DNA of 64,000 nt from an uncultured delta proteobacterium (GTDB lineage Bacteria; Myxococcota_A; Polyangia; Polyangiales; JAFGIB01). Where the stretch lies: positions 256,001 to 320,000 of the forward strand of contig CAVZVA010000009.1 of assembly GCA_963778655.1 (NCBI GenBank), read 5' to 3'. The notes under the pieces were generated by a model. It saw only the letters and a list, made by a program, of their open reading frames with translations, made no database searches and was not told the origin of the DNA. Numbering within the stretch: the stretch's first letter is position 1; every line of letters starts with the position of its first letter. The translations under genes and the position numbers were made by a program. This document shows positions 1 through 7,967 of the stretch, piece after piece.

Positions 1-191
1 GCTCAACCGGCGGGCACACCTGCCTGCACGGCTATACCAGCGTATTCGGGATCTTCGGCGAGCCCGCCGAGCCCGCAGCGGGCTCCGACCCACGCTAAGT
101 CAGAGGTCATTTAGGGAGCACCGGGTTGGCGTAATCGTAGTCGTCCTACAGGGACGAGAACGAGCTCGGGGATCGTGTACAGTGCGGCGGC

Positions 192-1688
192 GTGGCCGGG
201 CCAGCCGACAGCGTGTCGAGCGACCGCTTCACGCGCTTGGACGCGGGCGTGGCCTTCGCGCTGCTGGCCGGCGCGTGCGCGCTCTACCTCGCGACGCTGT
301 GCCGCGGCATCTACTGGTACGACAGCGCGGAATACGTGACGGCTGCGGTCACGCTGGGCGTGCCTCATCCGCCCGGCTATCCGCTGTACACGCTGCTGGC
401 GCACGCCTTCACCTGGCTGCCGCTGCCGCCCGCGCTGGCGGTGAACGCGATGAGCGCATGCTTCGCGGGCCTCGCGGTGGCGCTTTGCTACGCGTGCGCG
501 CGCGCGCTCGGCGCCGGGCCGGGCGCGGCCGCGGCCGCGGCCGCGCTGCTCGCCAGCGGCCCCAGCTTCTGGCTCAACGCCACCATCGCGGAGGTCTACG
601 CGCCCGGCTTGTGCGTGAGCTTCGGCGTGCTGCTGCTGTTGCTGCGCGCGCAGGCGCGCGCAGAGCCGCGCCTGTGCGTGCTGGCGGCGGCGCTCGCCGG
701 GGCCGGCATGGGGGTGCACTACTCGGTGGCCAGCCTGGGCCTGGGCTTCGCGTGGCTCGCGGCCCGACCCGCGCTGGGCGGCGCGCCCGAGCGGCGCGCG
801 CGCCGCGTGCTCGGCCTGCTCGCGCAGTGCGCGCTCGCGGCGTGCGCCGCATACCTGGCCGCGTTCGCCTATGTGTTGCTGCGCTCCGGAGCCGAGAGCG
901 CGGTGCCCAACGAGGCGCACCCGTTCGGCTGGCCGCGATTGCTGTGGCTGCTCTCGGGCGGCAATTATCGGCTGTGGCTCACGGCCGGCGGTCCCGCGGG
1001 CGCGCGCGCGCTGCACGTGCTCGGGCTGCTGCGCGACGAGCTCGGCTGGGGCGGCGGCGCCTTCGCCCTGCTCGGCATCGGCCTGCTCGCCCGGCGCGCG
1101 CCCGCGCTCGGCCTGGCCCTCGCCCTGTGCGTGCTCGGCAACCTGGCCTTCTTCCTGCGCTACCGGGTCGACGACCTGCAGGTGTTTCTGCTGCCGAGCG
1201 TGGCGCTGCTGTGTACCTGCGCTGGGGTCGGCGCCGCCGCGCTGGGCCGCGGCCTGCAACAGCTCGCTCCGGCCCGCTTGAAGCCGGGCGCGCTGCCGGC
1301 CTGGTTGCTCGGCGCGCTGGTGGGGGTGCGATTGTGGACCGGATACCCCCAGCGCGATCTGAGCGCGTTCAGCCAGGCCCAGGACTACGCGCAGCGCCTC
1401 GCTGTGCAGCTACCGTACAGGGCGGTTATCCTCAACTATACGACCCCCGAGGAATGGAAGTACGACGCGGTGTTCGGGATGTACTTCCAGCACGTGCTGG
1501 GCGGCCGCCGCGACGTGGTCGTGGTCGCGAACGCGGATCGGCCGGTGCTGAACCGCCTGCTGGCCGAGCAGCGACCGACCTACCTCTACGCGCCCGTGGC
1601 GCACGTGGCCCGAGAGTATCGGCTGGTCCGCGAGGGCGAGCTCTACCGGCTGGTCGCTCGCGTCGCGCCGGCGTCGGGCCCTGAGTGA
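192..1688 (+). CDS. DUF2723/TMEM260-like multi-pass membrane protein (putative GT-C glycosyltransferase)
   Basis: N-terminal 'YWYDSAEY...LGVPHPPGYPLY' motif typical of DUF2723, followed by many TM helices; GTG start. Confidence 0.75.
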   Translation: MAGPADSVSSDRFTRLDAGVAFALLAGACALYLATLCRGIYWYDSAEYVTAAVTLGVPHPPGYPLYTLLAHAFTWLPLPPALAVNAMSACFAGLAVALCYACARALGAGPGAAAAAAALLASGPSFWLNATIAEVYAPGLCVSFGVLLLLLRAQARAEPRLCVLAAALAGAGMGVHYSVASLGLGFAWLAARPALGGAPERRARRVLGLLAQCALAACAAYLAAFAYVLLRSGAESAVPNEAHPFGWPRLLWLLSGGNYRLWLTAGGPAGARALHVLGLLRDELGWGGGAFALLGIGLLARRAPALGLALALCVLGNLAFFLRYRVDDLQVFLLPSVALLCTCAGVGAAALGRGLQQLAPARLKPGALPAWLLGALVGVRLWTGYPQRDLSAFSQAQDYAQRLAVQLPYRAVILNYTTPEEWKYDAVFGMYFQHVLGGRRDVVVVANADRPVLNRLLAEQRPTYLYAPVAHVAREYRLVREGELYRLVARVAPASGPE

Positions 1689-1909
1689 GCTGCGGCCCGC
1701 GCTCCGGCCCCAACCTTGCGGCGTCTGAACAACCTTCAAGCGGGCGCTTTGCGCGAGCGGAAGCAAACGCCCAGTTGCCGTCGCACGTGCGTGACCGGCG
1801 CTGGGGCGTTTTTCCCCCGGCGGATCTTGACCCGCTGTGGCAACCATTTCATCTTGAGTCACTGGTCCTCGCGCAGCTCGAAGCGCGCGAAACGAAACGG
1901 TGTAGCGGC

Positions 1910-2935
1910 ATGACGACCCACGCGTACGAGCGTCCCGCCGACGAGCGGGTGGACTGGCTCCACAACATTCCCTATCTCACCATCCACCTGATCCCACTGG
2001 CAGCGATCTGGACCGGTTTCACGCGCGCCGACGTGCTGCTGTGCTTGGGGCTGTACTGCGCCCGGATCTTCTTCATCACCGCCGCCTATCATCGCTACTT
2101 CGCCCACCGCTCGTACAAGATGGGTCGGGTGATGCAGTTCTTGATGGCGCTTGGCGGCACCACTGCGGTGCAGAAGGGGCCGCTGTGGTGGGCCGCGCAT
2201 CATCGCCACCATCACAAATTCTCCGATCAGATCGAGGACGTGCACTCGCCGATGAAGGGCTTCTTCTGGAGTCACATGGGCTGGATCATGTGCCGCAAGT
2301 TCCAGCCCACGCAGACCCACCTGATCAAGGACTTCGAGAAGTTCCCGGAGCTGCGCTGGCTCAACAAGTATCACTGGGTGCCGCCCGTGCTGCTGGGCAC
2401 CGCTGTCTTCCTGTGGGGCGGCTGGGGCGCGCTGCTGATCGGCTTCTTCCTGTCGACCGTGATCTGCTGGCACAGCACGTACCTGATCAACTCGATGACC
2501 CATCTGTTCGGGCGCCGCCGCTACGTGACCACCGACACCAGCCGCAACTCGCTGATCCTCGGGCTGCTGACCTTCGGCGAGGGCTGGCACAACAACCACC
2601 ACTACTACCAGTCCTCGGCCAACCAGGGTTTCTTCTGGTGGGAGATCGACCTCAGCTACTACGGCCTCAAGCTGTTGAGCTGGCTGCACCTGGTGCACGA
2701 CCTGCGCAAGCCTCCGGAGCACGTGCTCGTGGCCAACCGCGTCAAGGACGGGCACGCGGACATCGGCATGTTCCAGGCGAACTGGTCCAAGGCCGTGGCC
2801 TATCTCGAGAACGCCAAGGCGCATGCCGGCGAGATCTACGTCGAGCGCCGGCACGCGCTCGACGAGATGGTGGACTCCACCACGCGCGCTGCCCAGCAGA
2901 TCGCCAAGATGGCCCCCAAGCCGGCGGTCGATTAG
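1910..2935 (+). CDS. Acyl-CoA (delta-9-type) fatty acid desaturase
   Basis: His boxes HRYFAH, HHRHHH, HNNHH; 'GFFWSHMGW' and 'GEGWHNNHH'; ATG at 1910 is in the 1685 ORF frame. Confidence 0.9.
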   Translation: MTTHAYERPADERVDWLHNIPYLTIHLIPLAAIWTGFTRADVLLCLGLYCARIFFITAAYHRYFAHRSYKMGRVMQFLMALGGTTAVQKGPLWWAAHHRHHHKFSDQIEDVHSPMKGFFWSHMGWIMCRKFQPTQTHLIKDFEKFPELRWLNKYHWVPPVLLGTAVFLWGGWGALLIGFFLSTVICWHSTYLINSMTHLFGRRRYVTTDTSRNSLILGLLTFGEGWHNNHHYYQSSANQGFFWWEIDLSYYGLKLLSWLHLVHDLRKPPEHVLVANRVKDGHADIGMFQANWSKAVAYLENAKAHAGEIYVERRHALDEMVDSTTRAAQQIAKMAPKPAVD

Positions 2936-2942
2936 GCCAGGG

Positions 2943-2973
2943 CCACGCGGGGGCGCGTGCCCCTCTCGATCAC
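2943..2973 (+). repeat. Internally deleted copy of the REP-like family (family B)
   Basis: CCACGCGG fused to GGGCGCGTGCCCCTCTCGATCAC, matching the two ends of the 22111-22207 copy. Confidence 0.6.
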
Positions 2974-4049
2974 GAGCCCTCACCCCGCAGGCGTTGCTTG
3001 CGCTCCTCCAGCTCGGTGAGCGTGCGCGGCCAGTCTTGGCGTAGCAGTCGTGACAGTGCGCGATCGGAAAGCAGCTTGCCGCCGGTCTGGCAGGTCGGGC
3101 AGTAGTTGGTCTCGTTGCTGGCGTGCACGATGCGCTGCACCTTGCCGCCGCATGCGGGACAGGGCTGGCCGTAGCGGCCGTGGACCGCCATCTGCGGGCG
3201 AAACGCCGTCACTTTCTCGGGGAAGCCGCCGCCCACCTCCGCGCGCAACCGCGCCAGCCACTGCTGCAGGACGTCGCGACAGGCCTGCAGCAAGCTCGCG
3301 ATCTCCTCCGGCGTCAGCTTGCCCGTGAGCTTGACCGGCGACAGCCGCGCGCGGTGCAGGATCTCGTCGGAGTAGGCGTTGCCGATGCCGCTCAGCAGGC
3401 GCGGATCGGTGAGCGCGCGCTTGAGGGTGTGGCTCTCGCGCGTGAGCGCCTGCGCGAAGGCCTCGGGCGTGCACTCGAAGACCTCGATGCCGCCGGGGTC
3501 GAGCGCCGCAAGCGCCGCGCGGCCCTGCACCAGCCACAGCTGCGTGCGCTTGCGAGACCCGGCCTCGGTCAGCAGCAGCGTGGCCCGGTCGAAGTCGAAC
3601 GCCGCCATGTCGAGCTTACCCGGGATCGGTGCTCCGGCCGGGAGTCGTCCCGCGCCCGGGTGAGGCTGGTCGATGATCGCGTCCGAGGTGGTACTGAGCT
3701 GGGCGCCGGTTGGCGCAGGAAGGGTGGCCCCGCTTTCGAGCAGAGCGACGCCGCCAGCGGCGCCAGATCGGGCGTGAGGACGATCGAGATGATCCGGGCG
3801 GAGGACGAGCTTCAGGCGCCCTGCGATCATCAAGTGCAGCACGAGGAACAGCTCGCTTTCGAGCGCGATCACGATGCGCTTGCCCAGGCGCTCGAACCCC
3901 TCGACCCGGCGTCCGAACGCCGAGCTGAGCGCGGGCTCGGTCGTGCGCAACAGGGCCGGGCCCCGGATCCGCACGTTCTGCAGCGTTGCGCCCCCGAGCT
4001 TGGCCCTCAGGCGCTCGACGTACAGCTCGACGTCCGGCAGCTCAGGCAT
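2970..4049 (-). CDS. mutM: Fpg/Nei-family DNA glycosylase/AP lyase carrying a 55-aa in-frame insertion
   Basis: N-terminal PELPDV, 'RLGKR', H2TH 'LSGIGNAYSDEIL', C-terminal zinc finger CPAC...CPTC. Confidence 0.85.
   Translation of the reverse strand: MPELPDVELYVERLRAKLGGATLQNVRIRGPALLRTTEPALSSAFGRRVEGFERLGKRIVIALESELFLVLHLMIAGRLKLVLRPDHLDRPHARSGAAGGVALLESGATLPAPTGAQLSTTSDAIIDQPHPGAGRLPAGAPIPGKLDMAAFDFDRATLLLTEAGSRKRTQLWLVQGRAALAALDPGGIEVFECTPEAFAQALTRESHTLKRALTDPRLLSGIGNAYSDEILHRARLSPVKLTGKLTPEEIASLLQACRDVLQQWLARLRAEVGGGFPEKVTAFRPQMAVHGRYGQPCPACGGKVQRIVHASNETNYCPTCQTGGKLLSDRALSRLLRQDWPRTLTELEERKQRLRGEGS
3645..3809. mobile_element. 165-bp imperfect palindromic insertion within the Fpg gene
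   Basis: Ends TCGTCCCGCGCCCGG / CCGGGCGGAGGACGA pair 13/15; internal arms also pair; length is exactly 55 codons. Confidence 0.55.
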
Positions 4050-4298
4050 GCGTACCGGCCGAGGCTACCTCCAGCGGCGCGGACCCGCACCGATCGCGAC
4101 AAGCGCGATGAGACCGCGACACGAACGTCAGGGCTGGAGCTGGGCCGCACGGACGCGGCAGGCCCAACATTGGGATGCCGGCTGGTCGAACATTGCTGCT
4201 TCCGACCTCACACTCGTCTTGCCTGCCTGCGCGGCGGTCGCGCAGCCACGAGGGAGATCGCCGTCCCGGCGGCGGTCCCGCGGACCGCCTTTGAATAG

Positions 4299-4313
4299 TG
4301 GCCTGGTCCTTGC
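4299..4313 (+). promoter_or_regulatory. Candidate sigma54 (-24/-12) promoter for the Cys-rich lipoprotein operon
   Basis: TGGCCTGGTCCTTGC = GG-N10-GC with the canonical TGGC and TTGC cores. Confidence 0.55.
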
Positions 4314-4513
4314 GTCGGTGGCGGCGGTCGTGCGTGCGTCGGATCAAGCGCGCGCGCGACCGCGGGACCGATGCAACGAAAGGTGGGACACAGCACGCCG
4401 GGACGAAGTTGCCTGTGCATTGCGGGCTGTGAGACGATGGCCGTCCCCGATTTGTGGGCGCACCCAACGGCGCGGTTCCGATCGTGGGCCGAGCGGGAGG
4501 AAAAGGACTGATT

Positions 4514-5875
4514 ATGACGAGCTTTCAACGTGGGAGTGTGGGACGGCTGGCCGTGCTGCCGTGCTCGCTCGCGCTCGCCGCCGTCGCGGCGGGATGCGAG
4601 CCGGGGCCGACGCGAGCCGAGGCGCAACCGCCGGTTGCTGTCACGCAGCAAGCCAGCACAGTCGACGAGCTCGCCGGGATGTGCGGGCTGAAGTGTCCGG
4701 ACAAAGGAATCGCCGACGGCAACGCCTCGATCTCGGGCGTGGTCTCGGTCGATGCGTTCTTCCAGTCGGTGCTCGACTTCCAGGCCAAGGCCGGAAACGT
4801 GAGCGCCGCGATCGATGCGCAGCTGGCCGCCATCCGCGCGGACTTCGGCATCGCGGCCGGCACCGAGCTGGACGCCGGCATCAAGGCGCAGATCAGCGCG
4901 AACCTCGACGGCGCGCTCACGGTCGAGGCCGAGCCCGCCAAGTGCGCGGTCGATGCGCAGGCCACGCTGCAGGCGCAGGCCAAGTGCGACGCCTCGGTCA
5001 ACCCGGGCAGCGCGATGGTCAAGTGCTCGGGAAGCTGCGAGGTGGACGCAAGCGCCAAGGTGGACTGCGGCGCCGACGCCACGCTCAAGTGCACGGTCAA
5101 CCCACCGATGGGCATGTGCAGCGGCAGCTGCCAGGGCAGCTGCGACGCCAAGATCTCCGGCTCCGCAGCGTGCAGCGGCACCTGTCACGGCAGCTGCAGC
5201 GGGAACTGCTCGGCCTACGTGAAGAACGCAAGCGGACAGGCCGAGTGCTCCGGCAGCTGCGACGGCATGTGCACCGGCAGCTGCGAGGTGCAGCTCGCGG
5301 CCGAGGCCAAGTGCGACGGCACCTGCAGCGGTCAGTGCACCTTCACCCCACCCGATGGCAACTGCGAAGGCGGCATCAAGGCCAGCTGCGAGGCGAAGGC
5401 CAATGCGATGGTCGACTGCAAGGGCCGTTGCGAGGGCGACATCGAGCCCCCTAGCGCCAAGGCCGACTGCAACGCCAGCGCCAAGGCCGAGGCCAAGCTC
5501 AACGTGCAGTGCACGCCGCCGCGGGTGGCGATCTCGTACAAGCTCAAGGCGGGCGTCGACGCCATGGCTCAGGCCCAGTTCGTGGCCGCGCTCAAGAACC
5601 TCGAGGTGCGCTTGCCGGCGCTGCTCGCCGCGATCGGACAGGCCAAGGCCGTGGCCGATGCCGGCGTGGGTTTGGCCGGCGACGGTCAGGCCGCGGTCAA
5701 AGGCGCGATCATGGCCTCCGTGGACGGCGAGGCGAACCTGCAGGCCAAGATCGGCTTGGGCTGCGCGCTCACCGAGCTCGGCGACGTCGCCAGCGCCATC
5801 GATGGCGCGACAACCAGCCTGACGGCAAGCCTCACCGCCGCCGGTAAGATCCAGACCGCTCTGCTGGGTAGCTGA
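4514..5875 (+). CDS. Cys-rich lipoprotein with mirror-symmetric cysteine ladder (paralog 1)
   Basis: Lipobox VAAGC; AGGA RBS; repeated CxGxC motifs; Ala-rich helical flanks. Confidence 0.85.
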   Translation: MTSFQRGSVGRLAVLPCSLALAAVAAGCEPGPTRAEAQPPVAVTQQASTVDELAGMCGLKCPDKGIADGNASISGVVSVDAFFQSVLDFQAKAGNVSAAIDAQLAAIRADFGIAAGTELDAGIKAQISANLDGALTVEAEPAKCAVDAQATLQAQAKCDASVNPGSAMVKCSGSCEVDASAKVDCGADATLKCTVNPPMGMCSGSCQGSCDAKISGSAACSGTCHGSCSGNCSAYVKNASGQAECSGSCDGMCTGSCEVQLAAEAKCDGTCSGQCTFTPPDGNCEGGIKASCEAKANAMVDCKGRCEGDIEPPSAKADCNASAKAEAKLNVQCTPPRVAISYKLKAGVDAMAQAQFVAALKNLEVRLPALLAAIGQAKAVADAGVGLAGDGQAAVKGAIMASVDGEANLQAKIGLGCALTELGDVASAIDGATTSLTASLTAAGKIQTALLGS

Positions 5876-5903
5876 GCAGCCCCGGGAACCAGGAGAACCA
5901 CGG

Positions 5904-7244
5904 ATGATTTCCATGAACTATCGACGGATGGGGCTGATGCTGGCCGCGGCTTGCTTGCTGGTGAGCTGCGGTAAGAACGGCGGGCTGCCCGGATTGGGCG
6001 ACGGCGGGATCCCAGGCGTGGGAGGCGTGATCGAAGACCTGGCCAAGCAGTGCGGCATCGACGTGAGTTGCAGCAAGGGCATCGCCCAGGGCAACGCCTC
6101 GATCTCGGGCGTGGTCTCGGTCGACGCGTTCTTCCAGTCGGTGCTGGACTTCCAGCTCAAGGCCGACAACGTGAGCGCGGCCATCAACGCCCAGATCGCC
6201 GCGATCCGCGGCGACTTCGGCATTGCGGCCGATGCCAACCTCAAGACCGAGCTGCAGGCGCAGATCAGCGCGAACGTCGAGGGCAGCCTCACGGTGAAGG
6301 CCGAGCCGGCGCAGTGCTCGGTCGACGCCCAGGCGACGCTGCAAGCCCAGGCCCACTGCGATGCCTCGATCGACCCCGGCAAGGCGACGGTGCAGTGCAT
6401 GGGCAGCTGCGAGGTGGACGCCAGCGCCAAGGTGGACTGCGGCGCGAACGCCGACCTGGTCTGCACCGTCACCCCGCCCATGGGCAAGTGCGACGGCATG
6501 TGCAAGGGCAGCTGCGAGACCATGCTGAGCGGCGCCGCCAAGTGCGACGGCGTGTGCAAGGGCAGCTGCGACGGCAACTGCTCGGCGTACTCCGACAGCG
6601 CAGGCACGCAGTGCGCCGGCACCTGCGACGGCATGTGCACAGGCAGCTGCGACGTGCAGCTGATGGCCGAGGCCAGTTGCTCCGGCACCTGCAGCGGTGA
6701 GTGCAACATCACGCCGCCCAGCGGCATGTGCACCGGCGGAGCCAGCGCGCACTGCGACGCGAAGGCCGGCGCGATGGTGGATTGCAAGGGCACCTGCGAG
6801 GGCGACATCCAGCCGCCCAAGGCCAAGGCCGAGTGCGAAGCCAGCGCCAAGGCCGAGGCCAAGCTCAACGTGCAGTGCACCCCGCCGCGCGTCGAGATCG
6901 CCTATCAGCTCAAGGCAGGGGTCGATGCGATGGCCCAGCTCAAGTTCCAGGCTGCGATCAACAACCTGAAGGTGCGACTGCCCGCCCTGCTGGCTGCGCT
7001 CGGGCAGGCCAAGGCGGTGGCGGACGCGGGCGTGGGGCTCACCACCGATGCCAAGGGCGCGGTCCAGGGTGCGGTGAAGGCCTCGGCGGACGCCGCCGGC
7101 ATGGGCGATCTGCGCGTGCTCTTCGGCTTGAAGTGTGCGCTCGGCCAGCTCGGCGCGGTGCAGGGAGCGATCGGCGACTCGGCCGCCGGCTTGACCGCCA
7201 GCATCAAGGCGGCCGGCGACGTGACCGCGGGGCTGGGCATGTAG
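5904..7244 (+). CDS. Cys-rich lipoprotein with mirror-symmetric cysteine ladder (paralog 2)
   Basis: Lipobox LLVSC; AGGAG RBS; shares GNASISGVVSVDAFFQSVLDFQ and ASAKAEAKLNVQCTPPRV with paralog 1. Confidence 0.85.
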   Translation: MISMNYRRMGLMLAAACLLVSCGKNGGLPGLGDGGIPGVGGVIEDLAKQCGIDVSCSKGIAQGNASISGVVSVDAFFQSVLDFQLKADNVSAAINAQIAAIRGDFGIAADANLKTELQAQISANVEGSLTVKAEPAQCSVDAQATLQAQAHCDASIDPGKATVQCMGSCEVDASAKVDCGANADLVCTVTPPMGKCDGMCKGSCETMLSGAAKCDGVCKGSCDGNCSAYSDSAGTQCAGTCDGMCTGSCDVQLMAEASCSGTCSGECNITPPSGMCTGGASAHCDAKAGAMVDCKGTCEGDIQPPKAKAECEASAKAEAKLNVQCTPPRVEIAYQLKAGVDAMAQLKFQAAINNLKVRLPALLAALGQAKAVADAGVGLTTDAKGAVQGAVKASADAAGMGDLRVLFGLKCALGQLGAVQGAIGDSAAGLTASIKAAGDVTAGLGM

Positions 7245-7288
7245 CCCCGCCCGCAGGCTCGCTGCGCTCGCGCGAGCCACACACGAAG

Positions 7289-7320
7289 GCGGCGCGCCCT
7301 CAAGCGGGGCGCGCCGTTTT
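7289..7320 (+). terminator. Rho-independent terminator
   Basis: GCGGCGCGCCC-loop-GGGCGCGCCGT hairpin ending in TTTT, downstream of paralog 2. Confidence 0.7.
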
Positions 7321-7391
7321 CAATTGCGGGCGCAGCGCGAGCGGGATCCGGTGCGGGTCGGACAACGGTCGAGGTGAACACCGGCGTGCGT

Positions 7392-7739
7392 TCAGCGCCG
7401 GCACCAGTCGCCGCCCGGGAGCACCGGTTGGCCCTGCGCGCGCGCGGCCGGTAGCACGTATCCAACCACGTCGTGGCCGGCGACCCGCAGCTGCACGCGC
7501 TGATAGACCTCGGGTGCCTCCTCGTAGCGATCGAGGGCCTCCAGCAGGCCGGGGTCGAGCTCGTAGATCTCGCCGACCACCGCCGTGCTGCCGCCCTCGA
7601 TCAACGCCGGGTAGCCTCCCATGTCGACCAGGGTGAAGCACGGCTCGGTGCGGGCGTGCAGCAGCATGCGGGCGCCCTTGAGCAAGCCGTGAGCCTGCTC
7701 GCCCGAGCGCAGCGTTCCGTAAGCAAACAACTTGATCAC
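7392..7739 (-). CDS. Gamma-glutamylcyclotransferase (AIG2-like)
   Basis: 'LFAYGTLR', 'YPAL', 'VVGEIY', 'LDRYE'; GTG start with AGGAG RBS. Confidence 0.9.
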   Translation of the reverse strand: MIKLFAYGTLRSGEQAHGLLKGARMLLHARTEPCFTLVDMGGYPALIEGGSTAVVGEIYELDPGLLEALDRYEEAPEVYQRVQLRVAGHDVVGYVLPAARAQGQPVLPGGDWCRR

Positions 7740-7967
7740 GACGGGGGCTCCTGTGGGCGCGCGGTCAGGCCGCCGGCGCCCGGCGCGGCTTGCTGTAGCA
7801 CGAGCCGCGCCGGGCGCGAGGGCCTCTTGCGCGCGAGGGGTGCCGGCGCCACAAACCAGGCCTTGGGCCAGGGTTCTGCGCGAGACAATTCCGGTGAGCT
7901 GCAGGCTCCGCGAAACTTGCGCTCGGGGGCGATCTGGCCAATGGTCAGGCGGCAGGGAACGGGAACG

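Noticed and set aside
4360..4420. c-di-GMP-I riboswitch-like string CGAAAGGTGGGACAC
   Set aside because: It lacks the GGCAAACC strand and the paired stem under the GAAA loop.
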